Shown: positions 18,139 through 27,676 of the stretch, piece after piece
Layout: the number at the start of each line of letters is the position of its first letter
Numbering within the stretch: the stretch's first letter is position 1
Virus record (IMG/VR): IMGVR_UViG_3300025678_000930
Source of the DNA: an uncultured virus (IMG/VR IMGVR_UViG_3300025678_000930)
Lineage: Duplodnaviria > Heunggongvirae > Uroviricota > Caudoviricetes
DNA: 32,028 nt
Direction: 5' to 3' (one strand)
The notes under the pieces: model-generated
Told to the model about the DNA's origin: nothing
The model's input: only the letters and a program-made list of their open reading frames with translations
Databases searched by the model: none
Position numbers and translations under genes: made by a program

Positions 18139-19514
18139 GAAACTTAAGCTCCTTGATGAACGAAAAACTCAAAAGCACTCAGCAAACACCTGCAAACAAG
18201 GCTTCACCCAGAATGAGCATCCAAGTTAGCCGTGCAAGAGCGACCATCATGGACTCAGACTACTGGACAGTTGAAACTATCCGTCAAAAAACCGGACTCG
18301 GCGATATCGGTGTTGCCCCCAGACGCTTTAAGCCTTATGGCCGTCCGAATAGAATCTATGAAATCCATGTAGATAATGGTGTGGTTGGGACGGCAATTCG
18401 AGAATACCCTGATACCTTCAAAGAAGGCTGGAAGGATCAGTTCACTCTTGGTGGAGGAGTCTCTGTTGGTCTGGCATTTGATGGCAACTGGCAACGATAC
18501 CGCAGTGCATGGAGACTTGTAACTGATGAAAAGCCGTGGATATTTTGGGTAGACACAAGTGGTGTGCTTTGGCGGCAGCTTTGGGACGATGCATCCACAC
18601 TTTCTCAGCTTGATACAGGTGTCAGCTATGTGAGGGCTATTAGAGCATGGCGAAATCAATATTCAGCTGAACTTGATCAAGGCATCGTTGTTGGATACAT
18701 CAAAACAGATGGTTCAGTCTGGTATCGAAATTACTGCAGACAGGCAGATGGCACAGTCATATGGGAAATTGCACGGCAAATCTCCACTGTTACCAATGCT
18801 GTACACCTTAATTTGTTCCTGACGAATGATTATAGGATTGGCTTTTGTATAGAAAAATCGAACCGGGATATTCAGTGGGTTATCACTCAAAGAAACTGGT
18901 CAGGTATGGCCCTGATTCCTGAAAATATCCATGGGGTGCTTGCGCTGAATGAAGTCAAGTTAATTCCTATCACATATACCGACTTAAAAGCAACAGAGCG
19001 TGTTGAATCGAACATTACTTTTGGAAAAGTAAACTTCTGCCCGTTTGATGTGATAATCAACTTTACACCTTCTATCATTCGTGCGAAGCGGATGGATAAC
19101 CATTTAATTGAAATTGAGTATGATACGGACATTTATGAAGTTCCAAATTGTCCTGAATGTTTTACTATCTCGAATAACTTGGTTGTAACAGTTGCTAAGT
19201 TCGGCTCAAGGATTCTTCAACTGACAACAGCAAATTCACTTGTCAGTGTAGGAAGTTGGACAGTTACCTATAACGGTCTAGGTGGCATAAATTCTTTCTA
19301 TTCCGATTGCTGCAAGCCTGAATTTAGCAGTTTCTCCATCCTTGCCACTGGAGAGCCACCGTCAGTGTCTGAAATTATCACACCGAATCTGAGTTTAACA
19401 AATATCAATTTTATCAAGTGTACATTTTCAAATCTACTCGGAGAAGAAAAGGTATCTGCTGTTCTAACAATTGTGGCCGTTGACCTAATAAAAGTCGGGA
19501 CAAATCCATTATAG
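18135..19514 (+). CDS. Tail-tip/baseplate structural protein (hypothetical)
   Basis: 459-aa beta-rich ORF with GGAGG RBS within the tail operon; function positional. Confidence 0.55.
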   Translation: MRNLSSLMNEKLKSTQQTPANKASPRMSIQVSRARATIMDSDYWTVETIRQKTGLGDIGVAPRRFKPYGRPNRIYEIHVDNGVVGTAIREYPDTFKEGWKDQFTLGGGVSVGLAFDGNWQRYRSAWRLVTDEKPWIFWVDTSGVLWRQLWDDASTLSQLDTGVSYVRAIRAWRNQYSAELDQGIVVGYIKTDGSVWYRNYCRQADGTVIWEIARQISTVTNAVHLNLFLTNDYRIGFCIEKSNRDIQWVITQRNWSGMALIPENIHGVLALNEVKLIPITYTDLKATERVESNITFGKVNFCPFDVIINFTPSIIRAKRMDNHLIEIEYDTDIYEVPNCPECFTISNNLVVTVAKFGSRILQLTTANSLVSVGSWTVTYNGLGGINSFYSDCCKPEFSSFSILATGEPPSVSEIITPNLSLTNINFIKCTFSNLLGEEKVSAVLTIVAVDLIKVGTNPL

Positions 19515-19528
19515 ACAGGAGGTTTAAC

Positions 19529-21556
19529 ATGAATTTTAATGCAAGCGTAAAGCTTCACAATAAATTTGAAATGTATGTCAAGGACATACGAACCGGCAGG
19601 GAGCGTCTTGTAGGCACTGCATACAACATGGTGCTAAATGCAATGTGGACACAGATTATATCTGACAGGAGAAGTCCATTTGACTACATCTGCTATGGCA
19701 GAGGAACTGGGGAGTTAACTCCAGACAGGACGGCTCTTTTTTCCCAAATTGCACAAGTCAGTTCAACCCGTGTAGAGGAAGTATATTCAAGTGACTCGGG
19801 ATATATAAAGGAGAAAATCGAACTCTCCCCAAGTACGGCAGTTGGAGAAACTATAACAGAAGTTGGTATTAGGGGCTATAGCCGGCTGGTGACTCATGCA
19901 CTCCTTAAGGATGCTGAAGGAAACCCTATTAGTTTCACTAAGACTGATACTGATGTTGTGACCATTTATGCAACGCTCTACTGTAAGATTTCAGTCACTT
20001 CACCATTGGGGTTCAGTCAATCCCAGGTGTCTTATGGAGCTGCATATTACATCCTAAACTATGGGTACATCACAACAAATATAAAAGTCGGTAGAAATCC
20101 AATGCCGCTTGATGTTGATTCAATCAACGCTGCAGGCATTAATGACGCATCTGCAGCATCCAAATCTGCAAGCCGTATTTCTTTTGATGTTGCCACAGCC
20201 ACAGAATCTTATAAGGTACGGTTTGAGATAGCAGATGCCAATCTTTTTATCAAGGAAATCCAGGTTGCGGATACCGCCTCCATTATCGTGCCTGAGAGTT
20301 CACTCATTGGCAAGGTTCTCTATGAAAATGTACCGCTTGGCACCGGTGATAATATAAAGACAAAATTTTTGCTCCCCAGCCCGTACATTGAGACACCGCT
20401 CGTAGATGTAAAGGTTAATTCAGTGGCAGTATCCTATACGATAGAAAGAAAGCCAAGGATTGCACTATCATGTGGTACTAATCATAGTAACGGCGGCTCA
20501 GGTTTCAGTTCTTATCCAAGCGTAGTATATCCCACACCTTGGGGGAATAAGTGGATTGGAAATGGCGAGTATAAGGTGATGTATGGAAAGGTACATCGTG
20601 GTTATTTAAGGCAATACGGGATGTTTAGTCCATCAGTTGGCTCGTTTCCCGATAAGCCACATTATAGTTCCAAATCATCCAGTCAGCCGATATTTCTTAA
20701 TACCGAATCAATATGTGTACTTCCTGCAAATGTATGGGTTGATTATTCAACAGACCAGGCAAAGTCGATTCTATCAAGATTTGGAGATATAACACCATCA
20801 ACAGGTGTAATGACCCAAGATGACCAGTTTTTGATTTACTCTGACAACAGTGCAGGGTATGTTAGGCTGGCAAAAAAAGCAGCTGATGGTAAATATAATC
20901 GTGTGGGGACTTCCCAAGCGGGTGGCTCTGGTAGATACACCTATCAGAATAACTTCATCACAGCCGATGGAAACCATGCAGTATTATCGGGTTACCATGG
21001 TTTGGTTATTGTCTCGCTTGATAGAATAAATGAAACAATTACTCAGGAGGTATACGACTCAACTTATCAGATTGCCGTCTGTAACTATAATGGCAAAATC
21101 TATACCTTTGCAGCAGGCAATTATAAGATTTATGAATTGGTGAGCGGTGTGTTTACACTGACCTACTCAGGCTCATATGGTAACACAATGTCGCTCTATG
21201 GTGGTGGTCTTGTAGGAGATGGACTCTGTTTGATCAGTGATTCCAATATAGTCAATGCAAAATTCATTAAACTGCTGCCAGATGGTGTGCAGTACTATGT
21301 ACCACAATCGCCCCTTTCACATTCCGTTACGAGTGTAACCAATATCATTACTGATGGCAGTTCCGTTTTCTATTGCGGCATTGATCGTTCAGCCAGAACC
21401 TTCTATGTGGATGATTCGGAGGTATTTGTGACATTGGCAACACCGCCAACAGATACAGAATCCGTTACAGCATCCTATAAAACTGAGGGCATCCATAAAA
21501 CAGACCAATTCGTTCTGGATGTCACATTCTCGGTTAGTTATGCGGAGGGCGTATGA
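19529..21556 (+). CDS. Putative tail fiber / receptor-binding protein
   Basis: N-terminal fiber-anchor-like segment (GRGTGELTPDRTALF..GETITEVGI..LVTHALLKDAEGNPISFTKT); Ser/Gly/Tyr-rich beta-type central region. Confidence 0.65.
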   Translation: MNFNASVKLHNKFEMYVKDIRTGRERLVGTAYNMVLNAMWTQIISDRRSPFDYICYGRGTGELTPDRTALFSQIAQVSSTRVEEVYSSDSGYIKEKIELSPSTAVGETITEVGIRGYSRLVTHALLKDAEGNPISFTKTDTDVVTIYATLYCKISVTSPLGFSQSQVSYGAAYYILNYGYITTNIKVGRNPMPLDVDSINAAGINDASAASKSASRISFDVATATESYKVRFEIADANLFIKEIQVADTASIIVPESSLIGKVLYENVPLGTGDNIKTKFLLPSPYIETPLVDVKVNSVAVSYTIERKPRIALSCGTNHSNGGSGFSSYPSVVYPTPWGNKWIGNGEYKVMYGKVHRGYLRQYGMFSPSVGSFPDKPHYSSKSSSQPIFLNTESICVLPANVWVDYSTDQAKSILSRFGDITPSTGVMTQDDQFLIYSDNSAGYVRLAKKAADGKYNRVGTSQAGGSGRYTYQNNFITADGNHAVLSGYHGLVIVSLDRINETITQEVYDSTYQIAVCNYNGKIYTFAAGNYKIYELVSGVFTLTYSGSYGNTMSLYGGGLVGDGLCLISDSNIVNAKFIKLLPDGVQYYVPQSPLSHSVTSVTNIITDGSSVFYCGIDRSARTFYVDDSEVFVTLATPPTDTESVTASYKTEGIHKTDQFVLDVTFSVSYAEGV

Positions 21557-22326
21557 TTACTTGGCATTTAGGTGGTGCAGTATCTTATCCCGATGAATTG
21601 CTACAGTACGCACTTCAGTTAATGGAACAAGGTTACCAGGTGCAAGTCTATGATGCTGCATTTACATCTCTTTGGAATGGTGGGCGGATACCTTTTAATA
21701 GAAACACCGGATACAAGGATTTTATAGCCACCATTGAACTATTCAACTCTCATGGGATAGGTGTGGATGCGTCCTTTTCTGGAATTGTTGAGGAAGACGA
21801 ACTTGGCGATTACGAGTGTAATGCTGTGCTTGAGAAATTGGCAAGAAACCAAAGGAATGGGGTGATTGTTTCTGAACAAAGGCTTTATGACTATATCCGG
21901 AGATACTACCCTGAGTTTCCAATCACCTCATCGATAACGTCGGTGATTCCCAAAATAACAGGTTGCAACTATTATGCGGTCAACCCAGATTTCAACACAC
22001 ATCTGGAGGAGCTGGCAGGGTTGGGGTTTGATAAACTGCAAATTCTTGTGAACGAAAACTGCTATCAGAACTGTGCGGAGCGTGGTCAACATTACAAGCT
22101 CTTGTCCCGCCAGATGAAGCGTTTTGATAAGGCTTACGAGGATACCTGCATCTGTAGGAATCAAAACGATGATAGATTTAAAATGAGACTGGGTTTGGAG
22201 CAGATTAAGGCTTTGCAGGAGTCGGGAATTTGTCATTTCAAACTGCAGGGAAGGCAAGATCATTTGGAAAATGAAACCGGCCATTACATTAGAAATGTAA
22301 TTTTGAAGGCCAATGGAGGTGAATAA
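21553..22326 (+). CDS. Peptidase U32-like (TIM-barrel, putative Fe-S) protein
   Basis: LWNGGR, NGVIVS...YIRRYYPEFPITSSIT, ILVNENCYQNC..R..HY, TCIC, GICHFKLQGR resemble U32 motifs (e.g. LKIEGR). Confidence 0.6.
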   Translation: MITWHLGGAVSYPDELLQYALQLMEQGYQVQVYDAAFTSLWNGGRIPFNRNTGYKDFIATIELFNSHGIGVDASFSGIVEEDELGDYECNAVLEKLARNQRNGVIVSEQRLYDYIRRYYPEFPITSSITSVIPKITGCNYYAVNPDFNTHLEELAGLGFDKLQILVNENCYQNCAERGQHYKLLSRQMKRFDKAYEDTCICRNQNDDRFKMRLGLEQIKALQESGICHFKLQGRQDHLENETGHYIRNVILKANGGE

Positions 22327-22327
22327 C

Positions 22328-22510
22328 ATGAGTACATGGCGAGTTGGAACGGTCGTTTGCAGCGGCTGTGGCACAGTTTTAAGTATTAAATCCAGATCTG
22401 ACAAAATGAAGTGCTACCTATGTGATACTCCTGTTGATTTGACAGATTGCCCAGTTATAGAAGAACCAGATAGTACAAAGGAATATGATACTCAAGGTAG
22501 TCAAGATTAA
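22328..22510 (+). CDS. Small zinc-ribbon / rubredoxin-like protein
   Basis: CSGCG...CYLCD (two CxxC) plus acidic tail; GGAGGTG RBS at 22315-22321. Confidence 0.7.
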   Translation: MSTWRVGTVVCSGCGTVLSIKSRSDKMKCYLCDTPVDLTDCPVIEEPDSTKEYDTQGSQD

Positions 22511-22540
22511 CAATAGATTTAATGGAACGGAGGTGATTCT

Positions 22541-23902
22541 ATGCAGCTTATTTTTGAGTATGACGGCATAATCGGCGGTGGGCTGTACCCAGATTTTATT
22601 CAGTTTCCAAAGACTGAGGGGCAACTCTTTTTTATCAATAACGGTCTGCTTTACGGAACACCCAGCAATAGACTGAATGGTGACTTTTCAGCACCCGTGT
22701 GGCAGGATACGGTTTTGATTAATCCAAAGGGAGATACGGAATTAAGCAATTTAGAACTCAAGTCCCTCTCCGGATTTGGGATTGTCGGTTGCTTCAGAAC
22801 TCCATATGCACAGAAACTGCTCATCCATGAGTATATGTTTGAAATGGATCGCTATCTGCATTCCGGCAGCATAAAGTGTTCCATGGACACACCGATTGCA
22901 TCTTTTACACTCAGCCTTGATAATCCCATTAATGAAAATCCAGAATACGAAGGCAATGTTGCAATATCCGAAAAGTCCAGCCTGCTGTCTCCTGGCAGTA
23001 AAGTAGTGTTTGAGTTTAGTATAGGTGACAGTGAACCCTACCCAATGGGTACTTTCTATGTTGACCGTAGCAATTTTCAACTCCTCGGAGAATCCGTCAG
23101 TGTAGATGGACGAAATATTATCGGTAAGGCATTGGGTGATCAGAGCTTTGATGAAGATAATGTTTACCCTTATCAAATATTGCACCAGATGCTTAAAGAC
23201 ATCCTCTATAAAGCAAACATCAGCTCAGATGAAATGCTGGTGCAGAATACGACCTTATCCGCAGGGTATCTTTTTGATTTTAATATGAGTTTTCTTGGAG
23301 GAATTACTGAAGTTTTGAAAGCCTTGGATAACTGGCAAATCAAAGAAATAGTCGATGGTACAGTTGTTATTGGTGATGCTTCTTTTGCGGGATTTACAAG
23401 GAATTCAAGTTATGTATTCCAGCGAGACAAAGACATTTTTAGCAGGAACATTATCAAGGATGATCAGGATGCATATCGCCGGGTTTGTGTCCACAACCGG
23501 GATTTCAGCATCAAGGTGTATCGGGATGTACAGACATATACAGGATGGAATCTACAAGCTAACAAGACCCTTTATATCAATGTACCAGAAGGAACGACTC
23601 TCCTAGATGCAGAAAATTATGCTGCCCAGATTGCTGATAATCTTCAGTATGTGGGTAAGATTGAAAGCTTTACAGGACCCTTTAGGCCTCAAGTAATCCT
23701 GGGTGATGAAGCAGTTATTACTGACAACGATGGCTCAACTAGCCTTGGACTCATAACTGAGATTACCCACCGTTTTGGGAAAGATGGCTTTTATACCGAT
23801 TTCACTGTAGACAGTGGAGGCAAACTGGGTAAAGGCAGACTCAGTGACTATATTGGAAGAATCACAAAAGACAGATCAAGCAGCAGCAGAGTTTATGAAT
23901 AA
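22541..23902 (+). CDS. Putative tail hub / baseplate protein (gp27/XkdQ-like)
   Basis: C-terminal GPFRPQVILGDEAVI...ITEITHRFGKDGFYTDFTV resembles hub-protein C-termini; strong RBS. Confidence 0.55.
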   Translation: MQLIFEYDGIIGGGLYPDFIQFPKTEGQLFFINNGLLYGTPSNRLNGDFSAPVWQDTVLINPKGDTELSNLELKSLSGFGIVGCFRTPYAQKLLIHEYMFEMDRYLHSGSIKCSMDTPIASFTLSLDNPINENPEYEGNVAISEKSSLLSPGSKVVFEFSIGDSEPYPMGTFYVDRSNFQLLGESVSVDGRNIIGKALGDQSFDEDNVYPYQILHQMLKDILYKANISSDEMLVQNTTLSAGYLFDFNMSFLGGITEVLKALDNWQIKEIVDGTVVIGDASFAGFTRNSSYVFQRDKDIFSRNIIKDDQDAYRRVCVHNRDFSIKVYRDVQTYTGWNLQANKTLYINVPEGTTLLDAENYAAQIADNLQYVGKIESFTGPFRPQVILGDEAVITDNDGSTSLGLITEITHRFGKDGFYTDFTVDSGGKLGKGRLSDYIGRITKDRSSSSRVYE

Positions 23903-23955
23903 AGCAATGCCTTGAGGACATCAAGGCTTTATATACATTTGAATAAATGTCATCA

Positions 23956-23987
23956 AGGCGTCCGCTTTTGTAGCAGGCGTCTTTTTT
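23956..23987 (+). terminator. Possible intrinsic terminator/attenuator before the lysis genes
   Basis: Stem AGGCGTCCGCT/AGCAGGCGTCT (one mismatch, G-U pairs) followed by a T-tract. Confidence 0.5.
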
Positions 23988-24013
23988 ATGCAGTAAACAG
24001 AAGGAGGTCTACT

Positions 24014-24424
24014 ATGAAAGAAATTTGGAACTGGAGTCAGGCAGTTATAGCAGCGATTGGAGGTTGGCTTGGATACTTTCTCGGAGGTTGGGATGGCTTT
24101 TTATATGCACTTGTGGCATTTGTTGTCATCGACTATATTACCGGTCTTATGTGCGCAGTATTGGATAAAAAACTATCCAGCGAAGTCGGTTTTCGTGGCA
24201 TTTTTAAGAAAGTGCTTATATTCTCACTTGTGGCCATTGGGCATATCATCGATCAGAGCGTAATAGGAGAAGGTTCTGTGATTAGAACAGCAGTAATCTT
24301 TTTCTATCTCTCTAACGAGGGTATTTCAATTTTAGAAAACACTGCCAGAATCGGTCTTCCTGTGCCGCAAAAGCTGAAGGATATTTTAGAACAGCTTCAT
24401 AACAAAAGCGACAAGGAGGTCTGA
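24014..24424 (+). CDS. Phage holin (toxin secretion/phage lysis family, holin_4_1)
   Basis: GGWLGYFLGGWDG, DYITG, LSSEVGFRGIFKK, FFYLSNEGISILEN, GLPVP.KLK; AAGGAGG before ATG 24014. Confidence 0.93.
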   Translation: MKEIWNWSQAVIAAIGGWLGYFLGGWDGFLYALVAFVVIDYITGLMCAVLDKKLSSEVGFRGIFKKVLIFSLVAIGHIIDQSVIGEGSVIRTAVIFFYLSNEGISILENTARIGLPVPQKLKDILEQLHNKSDKEV

Positions 24425-24427
24425 TAT

Positions 24428-25327
24428 ATGAATCTTCGAAAACTGATCCTTACAAACAATGCCTGCTACAAAGCTGGTAGAACCATTACACCCAAAGGTA
24501 TTATGGTTCATTCCACCGGTGCAAACAACCCGTGGCTTAAGCGATATGTAGGACCCGATGACGGTCTTTTAGGTAGAAACCAATATAACAACCATTGGAA
24601 CAAAGATAAGCCGGATGGCAGGCAGGTATGTGTTCATGCTTTCATAGGCAAACTGGAGGATGGAACAATTGCAACATACCAGACGTTGCCATGGAACTAT
24701 CGAGGCTGGCACGCAGGAGGCAGTGCAAACAATACCCATATAGGATTTGAGATTTGTGAGGATGGTCTTTCGGACAACACCTACTTTGGCAAGGTGTACC
24801 GGGAGGCCGTTGAACTTTGTATATATCTTTGCAAGCTCTATGGCTTAACTGAGGAAAACATCATCTGCCACAGTGAAGGATACAAGAAGGGAAATGCGAG
24901 TAATCATGGTGACGTCATGCACTGGTTTCCTAAACATGGCAAGTCTATGGATGACTTTCGGGAAGATGTGAAGATGGCACTAAAACCTATAAACCCAACA
25001 CCTAAAATGGGAGATATTCTATATCGTGTGAGAAAAAACTGGGATGAGTCCCAATCACAAAAGGGAGCATATAGGGAGTTAGAAAATGCCATACGCTGTG
25101 TAGATGACAACCCAGGGTATAACGTTTTTGATGAATATGGAAAAGTTGTATACTCAGGAAAATCTACTCTGCCTTATGAGATATACACCGTAGTTAAAGG
25201 TGATTCCATTTGGAAGATTGCTAAAGAGCAACTTGGTAATGGAGAAAGATATACAGAGATTAAGACACTCAACGGGCTGACTTCAAATATCATATATGCC
25301 GGACAGAAACTGAAAATTCCTAAATAA
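24428..25327 (+). CDS. Endolysin: N-acetylmuramoyl-L-alanine amidase (Amidase_2) with C-terminal LysM
   Basis: IMVHSTG, GWHAGG.AN..HIGFEICE, IICHSEG...SNHGD; LysM YTVVKGDSIWKIA...IYAGQKLKIP. Confidence 0.93.
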   Translation: MNLRKLILTNNACYKAGRTITPKGIMVHSTGANNPWLKRYVGPDDGLLGRNQYNNHWNKDKPDGRQVCVHAFIGKLEDGTIATYQTLPWNYRGWHAGGSANNTHIGFEICEDGLSDNTYFGKVYREAVELCIYLCKLYGLTEENIICHSEGYKKGNASNHGDVMHWFPKHGKSMDDFREDVKMALKPINPTPKMGDILYRVRKNWDESQSQKGAYRELENAIRCVDDNPGYNVFDEYGKVVYSGKSTLPYEIYTVVKGDSIWKIAKEQLGNGERYTEIKTLNGLTSNIIYAGQKLKIPK

Positions 25328-25331
25328 GCTT

Positions 25332-25374
25332 ATGCCCTTGGAGGTCTAAAAACTTCCGAGGGCATTATTTTTTT
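25332..25374 (+). terminator. Intrinsic terminator after the endolysin
   Basis: 13-bp stem ATGCCCTTGGAGG/CTTCCGAGGGCAT, 8-nt loop, then TATTTTTTT. Confidence 0.8.
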
Positions 25375-25383
25375 CTAAAAAAC

Positions 25384-25419
25384 CATCAGATTTCCTTTCC
25401 GCCCGTGGCTACCAGGTAG
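25384..25419 (+). repeat. Bipartite direct repeat, copy 1 (CATCAGATTTC-N8-CCGTGGCTACCAGGTAG)
   Basis: 11-bp and 17-bp blocks identical to 29727-29762 with the same 8-nt spacer length. Confidence 0.9.
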
Positions 25420-25461
25420 AGGGCAACAAATAAATCGCCCTTTAAGAAAGAGGTGAAGGAC

Positions 25462-25680
25462 ATGAAACACAGCTTAAAAATCAGTGTTTCAAAAGAGCCA
25501 CAGACAGGCGGAATCGTTACTTGCCGTAATGTCACCGTAAGGGAGCGCATCCTACGTTTCCTCCTTGGAGATAAACAGCGTGTAACCATTCTGATTCCCG
25601 GAGATAGTGTCGAGGAACTCGCTATCTGTGAGACTACGAAAGGAGGAAGTGACCTTGAGCAAAGTAAAGTTACTGCTTGA
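25462..25680 (+). CDS. Small phage hypothetical protein
   Basis: MKHSLKISVSKEP..GGIVTCRNVTVRERILRFLLG...LIPGDSVEELAI; AGAGGTG RBS. Confidence 0.75.
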   Translation: MKHSLKISVSKEPQTGGIVTCRNVTVRERILRFLLGDKQRVTILIPGDSVEELAICETTKGGSDLEQSKVTA

Positions 25681-25972
25681 TGTGGTAAACAATATGCGAA
25701 GCCTTGCAGACAGCATACAGGCAGTTTGTGATGCAATGACGGAAAGTGATTCTGCTCCCAAAGAAGTGCCTGCCACAAAAACAGAAACAGTAAAAGTGCC
25801 GGATATCCCACTGGAAAAAGTGCGTATGGTGCTTGCTGAAAAGAGCCAGCTTGGATTTACCGCCGAAGTACGAGGAATCATTGGGAAGTATGGTGCTGAC
25901 AAGCTAAGTGCCGTTGACAAGGCTTTTTATGCTGACATCTTGAAAGATGCGGAGGTTCTTGGCAATGGGTAA
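25655..25972 (+). CDS. Phage hypothetical protein (type often labelled 'rRNA biogenesis protein rrp5'), usual neighbour of DUF2800
   Basis: TTG start after AGGAGG; LEKVRMVLAEKSQLGFTAEVR.II.KYGADKLS.VD. Confidence 0.75.
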   Translation: MSKVKLLLDVVNNMRSLADSIQAVCDAMTESDSAPKEVPATKTETVKVPDIPLEKVRMVLAEKSQLGFTAEVRGIIGKYGADKLSAVDKAFYADILKDAEVLGNG

Positions 25973-27101
25973 TCACGCAATATTATCTGCATCATCTTCA
26001 CACAGATGGCTTCATTGTTTGCCGTCAGCAAGGCTTGAACTTGAGTTTGAGAATACAAGCGGTAAAGCAGCAGACGAAGGATCAGCGGCACATGCGCTTT
26101 CAGAACACAAACTGAAAAAGGCACTCCATATAAGGAGTAAGCGTCCTATATCAGACTATACGACAGATGAGATGGAAGAATGCACAGATGCTTATGTTGA
26201 TTTCGTTATGGAACAGGTGGAGCTTGCAAGGCATATCTGCAATGATCCTATCGTCCTTATCGAGCAGCGTCTTGATTTTTCCTGTTATGTGCCAGACGGA
26301 TTCGGCACTGGAGATTGTGTAATCATCTCAGATGATAGACTTCACATAGTGGATTTCAAATATGGCATGGGTGTGCTTGTGGACGCAGTGGACAATCCCC
26401 AGATGAAACTGTATGCCTTAGGTGCTCTTGCAATCTATGACAGCCTCTATGATATCAATGAGGTGTCAATGACGATTTTCCAGCCAAGAAGAGAAAATGT
26501 CAGTACATGGACAGTACCGGTAGAGGAGCTTAAGAGTTGGGCAGAAGAAGAACTCAAACCAAAGGCAGTCAAAGCTTATAACGGCGAAGGTGAATATATG
26601 CCAGGTGAATGGTGTACTTTCTGCAAAGCCGCAGTCAGATGCCGTGCAAGAGCCGAAGAAAAATTAAAACTCGCACAGACAGAGTTTAAGATGCCACCGT
26701 TACTTACTGACAATGAGATAGAAGAGATTCTGTTCATTCTTCCTGACCTTACCAAATGGGCAAATGAAATAACTGCTTATGCTACAGATGCTGCAGTAAA
26801 CCACGGCAAAGAGTGGAATGGTTTTAAGGTTGTAGAAGGCCGCTCAGTCCGCAAGTACAAAGATGAAGATGCCATCGCAGATAAAGCTGAAGCAAGTGGA
26901 TATAAGGACATTTACCGTAAGAGCCTTATTCCTATGACCGAGATGCAGAAACTGATGGGTAAAACCAAATTTGAGGAAATTCTAGGTGATCTCATTTTTA
27001 AACCACCGGGCAAGCCGACTCTTGTTCCCAACTCGGATAAAAGACCGGCTATGAACGTAGCAGATGCAAAAATCGAATTTAACGAAATTATGGAGGATTA
27101 A
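25965..27101 (+). CDS. DUF2800 family PD-(D/E)XK (Cas4-like) nuclease
   Basis: HAILSASSSHRWLHC, GSAAHALSE, FGTGDC, IVDFKYGMG, NPQMKLYALGA, GEWCTFCKAAVRCRAR. Confidence 0.9.
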   Translation: MGNHAILSASSSHRWLHCLPSARLELEFENTSGKAADEGSAAHALSEHKLKKALHIRSKRPISDYTTDEMEECTDAYVDFVMEQVELARHICNDPIVLIEQRLDFSCYVPDGFGTGDCVIISDDRLHIVDFKYGMGVLVDAVDNPQMKLYALGALAIYDSLYDINEVSMTIFQPRRENVSTWTVPVEELKSWAEEELKPKAVKAYNGEGEYMPGEWCTFCKAAVRCRARAEEKLKLAQTEFKMPPLLTDNEIEEILFILPDLTKWANEITAYATDAAVNHGKEWNGFKVVEGRSVRKYKDEDAIADKAEASGYKDIYRKSLIPMTEMQKLMGKTKFEEILGDLIFKPPGKPTLVPNSDKRPAMNVADAKIEFNEIMED

Positions 27102-27106
27102 ATATT

Positions 27107-27658
27107 ATGGCAAATAACACTAATAAAACTAAGGTTATCACAGGTGTAAACACAAGGCTCTCTTACTTCCATGGATGGGATCCGGTATCTATCAACGGCG
27201 GTGCTGAAAAGTACAGCGTATCCGTTCTAATTCCAAAGGATGATAAGGAAACTATTGATGCAGTAAATGCTGCCATTGATGCAGCTATAGAAGAAGGTAT
27301 TGCAAAGTTCGGTGGTAAGAAACCGAATAAGGCTACCATTAAACTTCCTCTCCGTGACGGAGATGTAGAGCGTGATGATGAGGCATACAAAGGGCATTAT
27401 TTTATCAATGCCAATAGCATAACCGCCCCGCAAATTGTAGACAAAAAAGTTAAACCTATTTTGGATCGCAGTGAAGTGTACAGCGGTTGTTATGGAAGAG
27501 TTTCTCTTAACTTCTATGCTTTCAACTCCAACGGCAATAAAGGTGTAGCTTGTGGTCTTGGAAATATTCAAAAAATCAAGGACGGCGAACCTCTTGGTGG
27601 CAAGACATCTGCAGCAGATGATTTTACTACTCTTGTAGATGATGACTTCCTTGCCTAA
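27107..27658 (+). CDS. DUF2815 family ssDNA-binding protein (Enc34/gp2.5-like)
   Basis: RLSY, KYSVSVLIPKDD, PLRDGD, VYSGCYGRVSLNFYAFNSNGNKGVACGLGNIQK, acidic DDDFLA tail. Confidence 0.9.
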   Translation: MANNTNKTKVITGVNTRLSYFHGWDPVSINGGAEKYSVSVLIPKDDKETIDAVNAAIDAAIEEGIAKFGGKKPNKATIKLPLRDGDVERDDEAYKGHYFINANSITAPQIVDKKVKPILDRSEVYSGCYGRVSLNFYAFNSNGNKGVACGLGNIQKIKDGEPLGGKTSAADDFTTLVDDDFLA

Positions 27659-27676
27659 AAGGAACGATGACATTGC

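Noticed and set aside
19529..23902. Diversity-generating retroelement or invertible shufflon acting on the tail fiber
   Set aside because: No reverse transcriptase, no template/variable repeat pair and no inverted fiber cassettes seen by eye
23912..24013. N-terminal extension of the holin
   Set aside because: Spans the hairpin/terminator region; AAGGAGG points to ATG 24014
25965..27101. Cas4-like nuclease as evidence of CRISPR-Cas or a casposon
   Set aside because: No repeat-spacer array, no cas1 and a family A rather than family B polymerase; DUF2800 is a common phage gene
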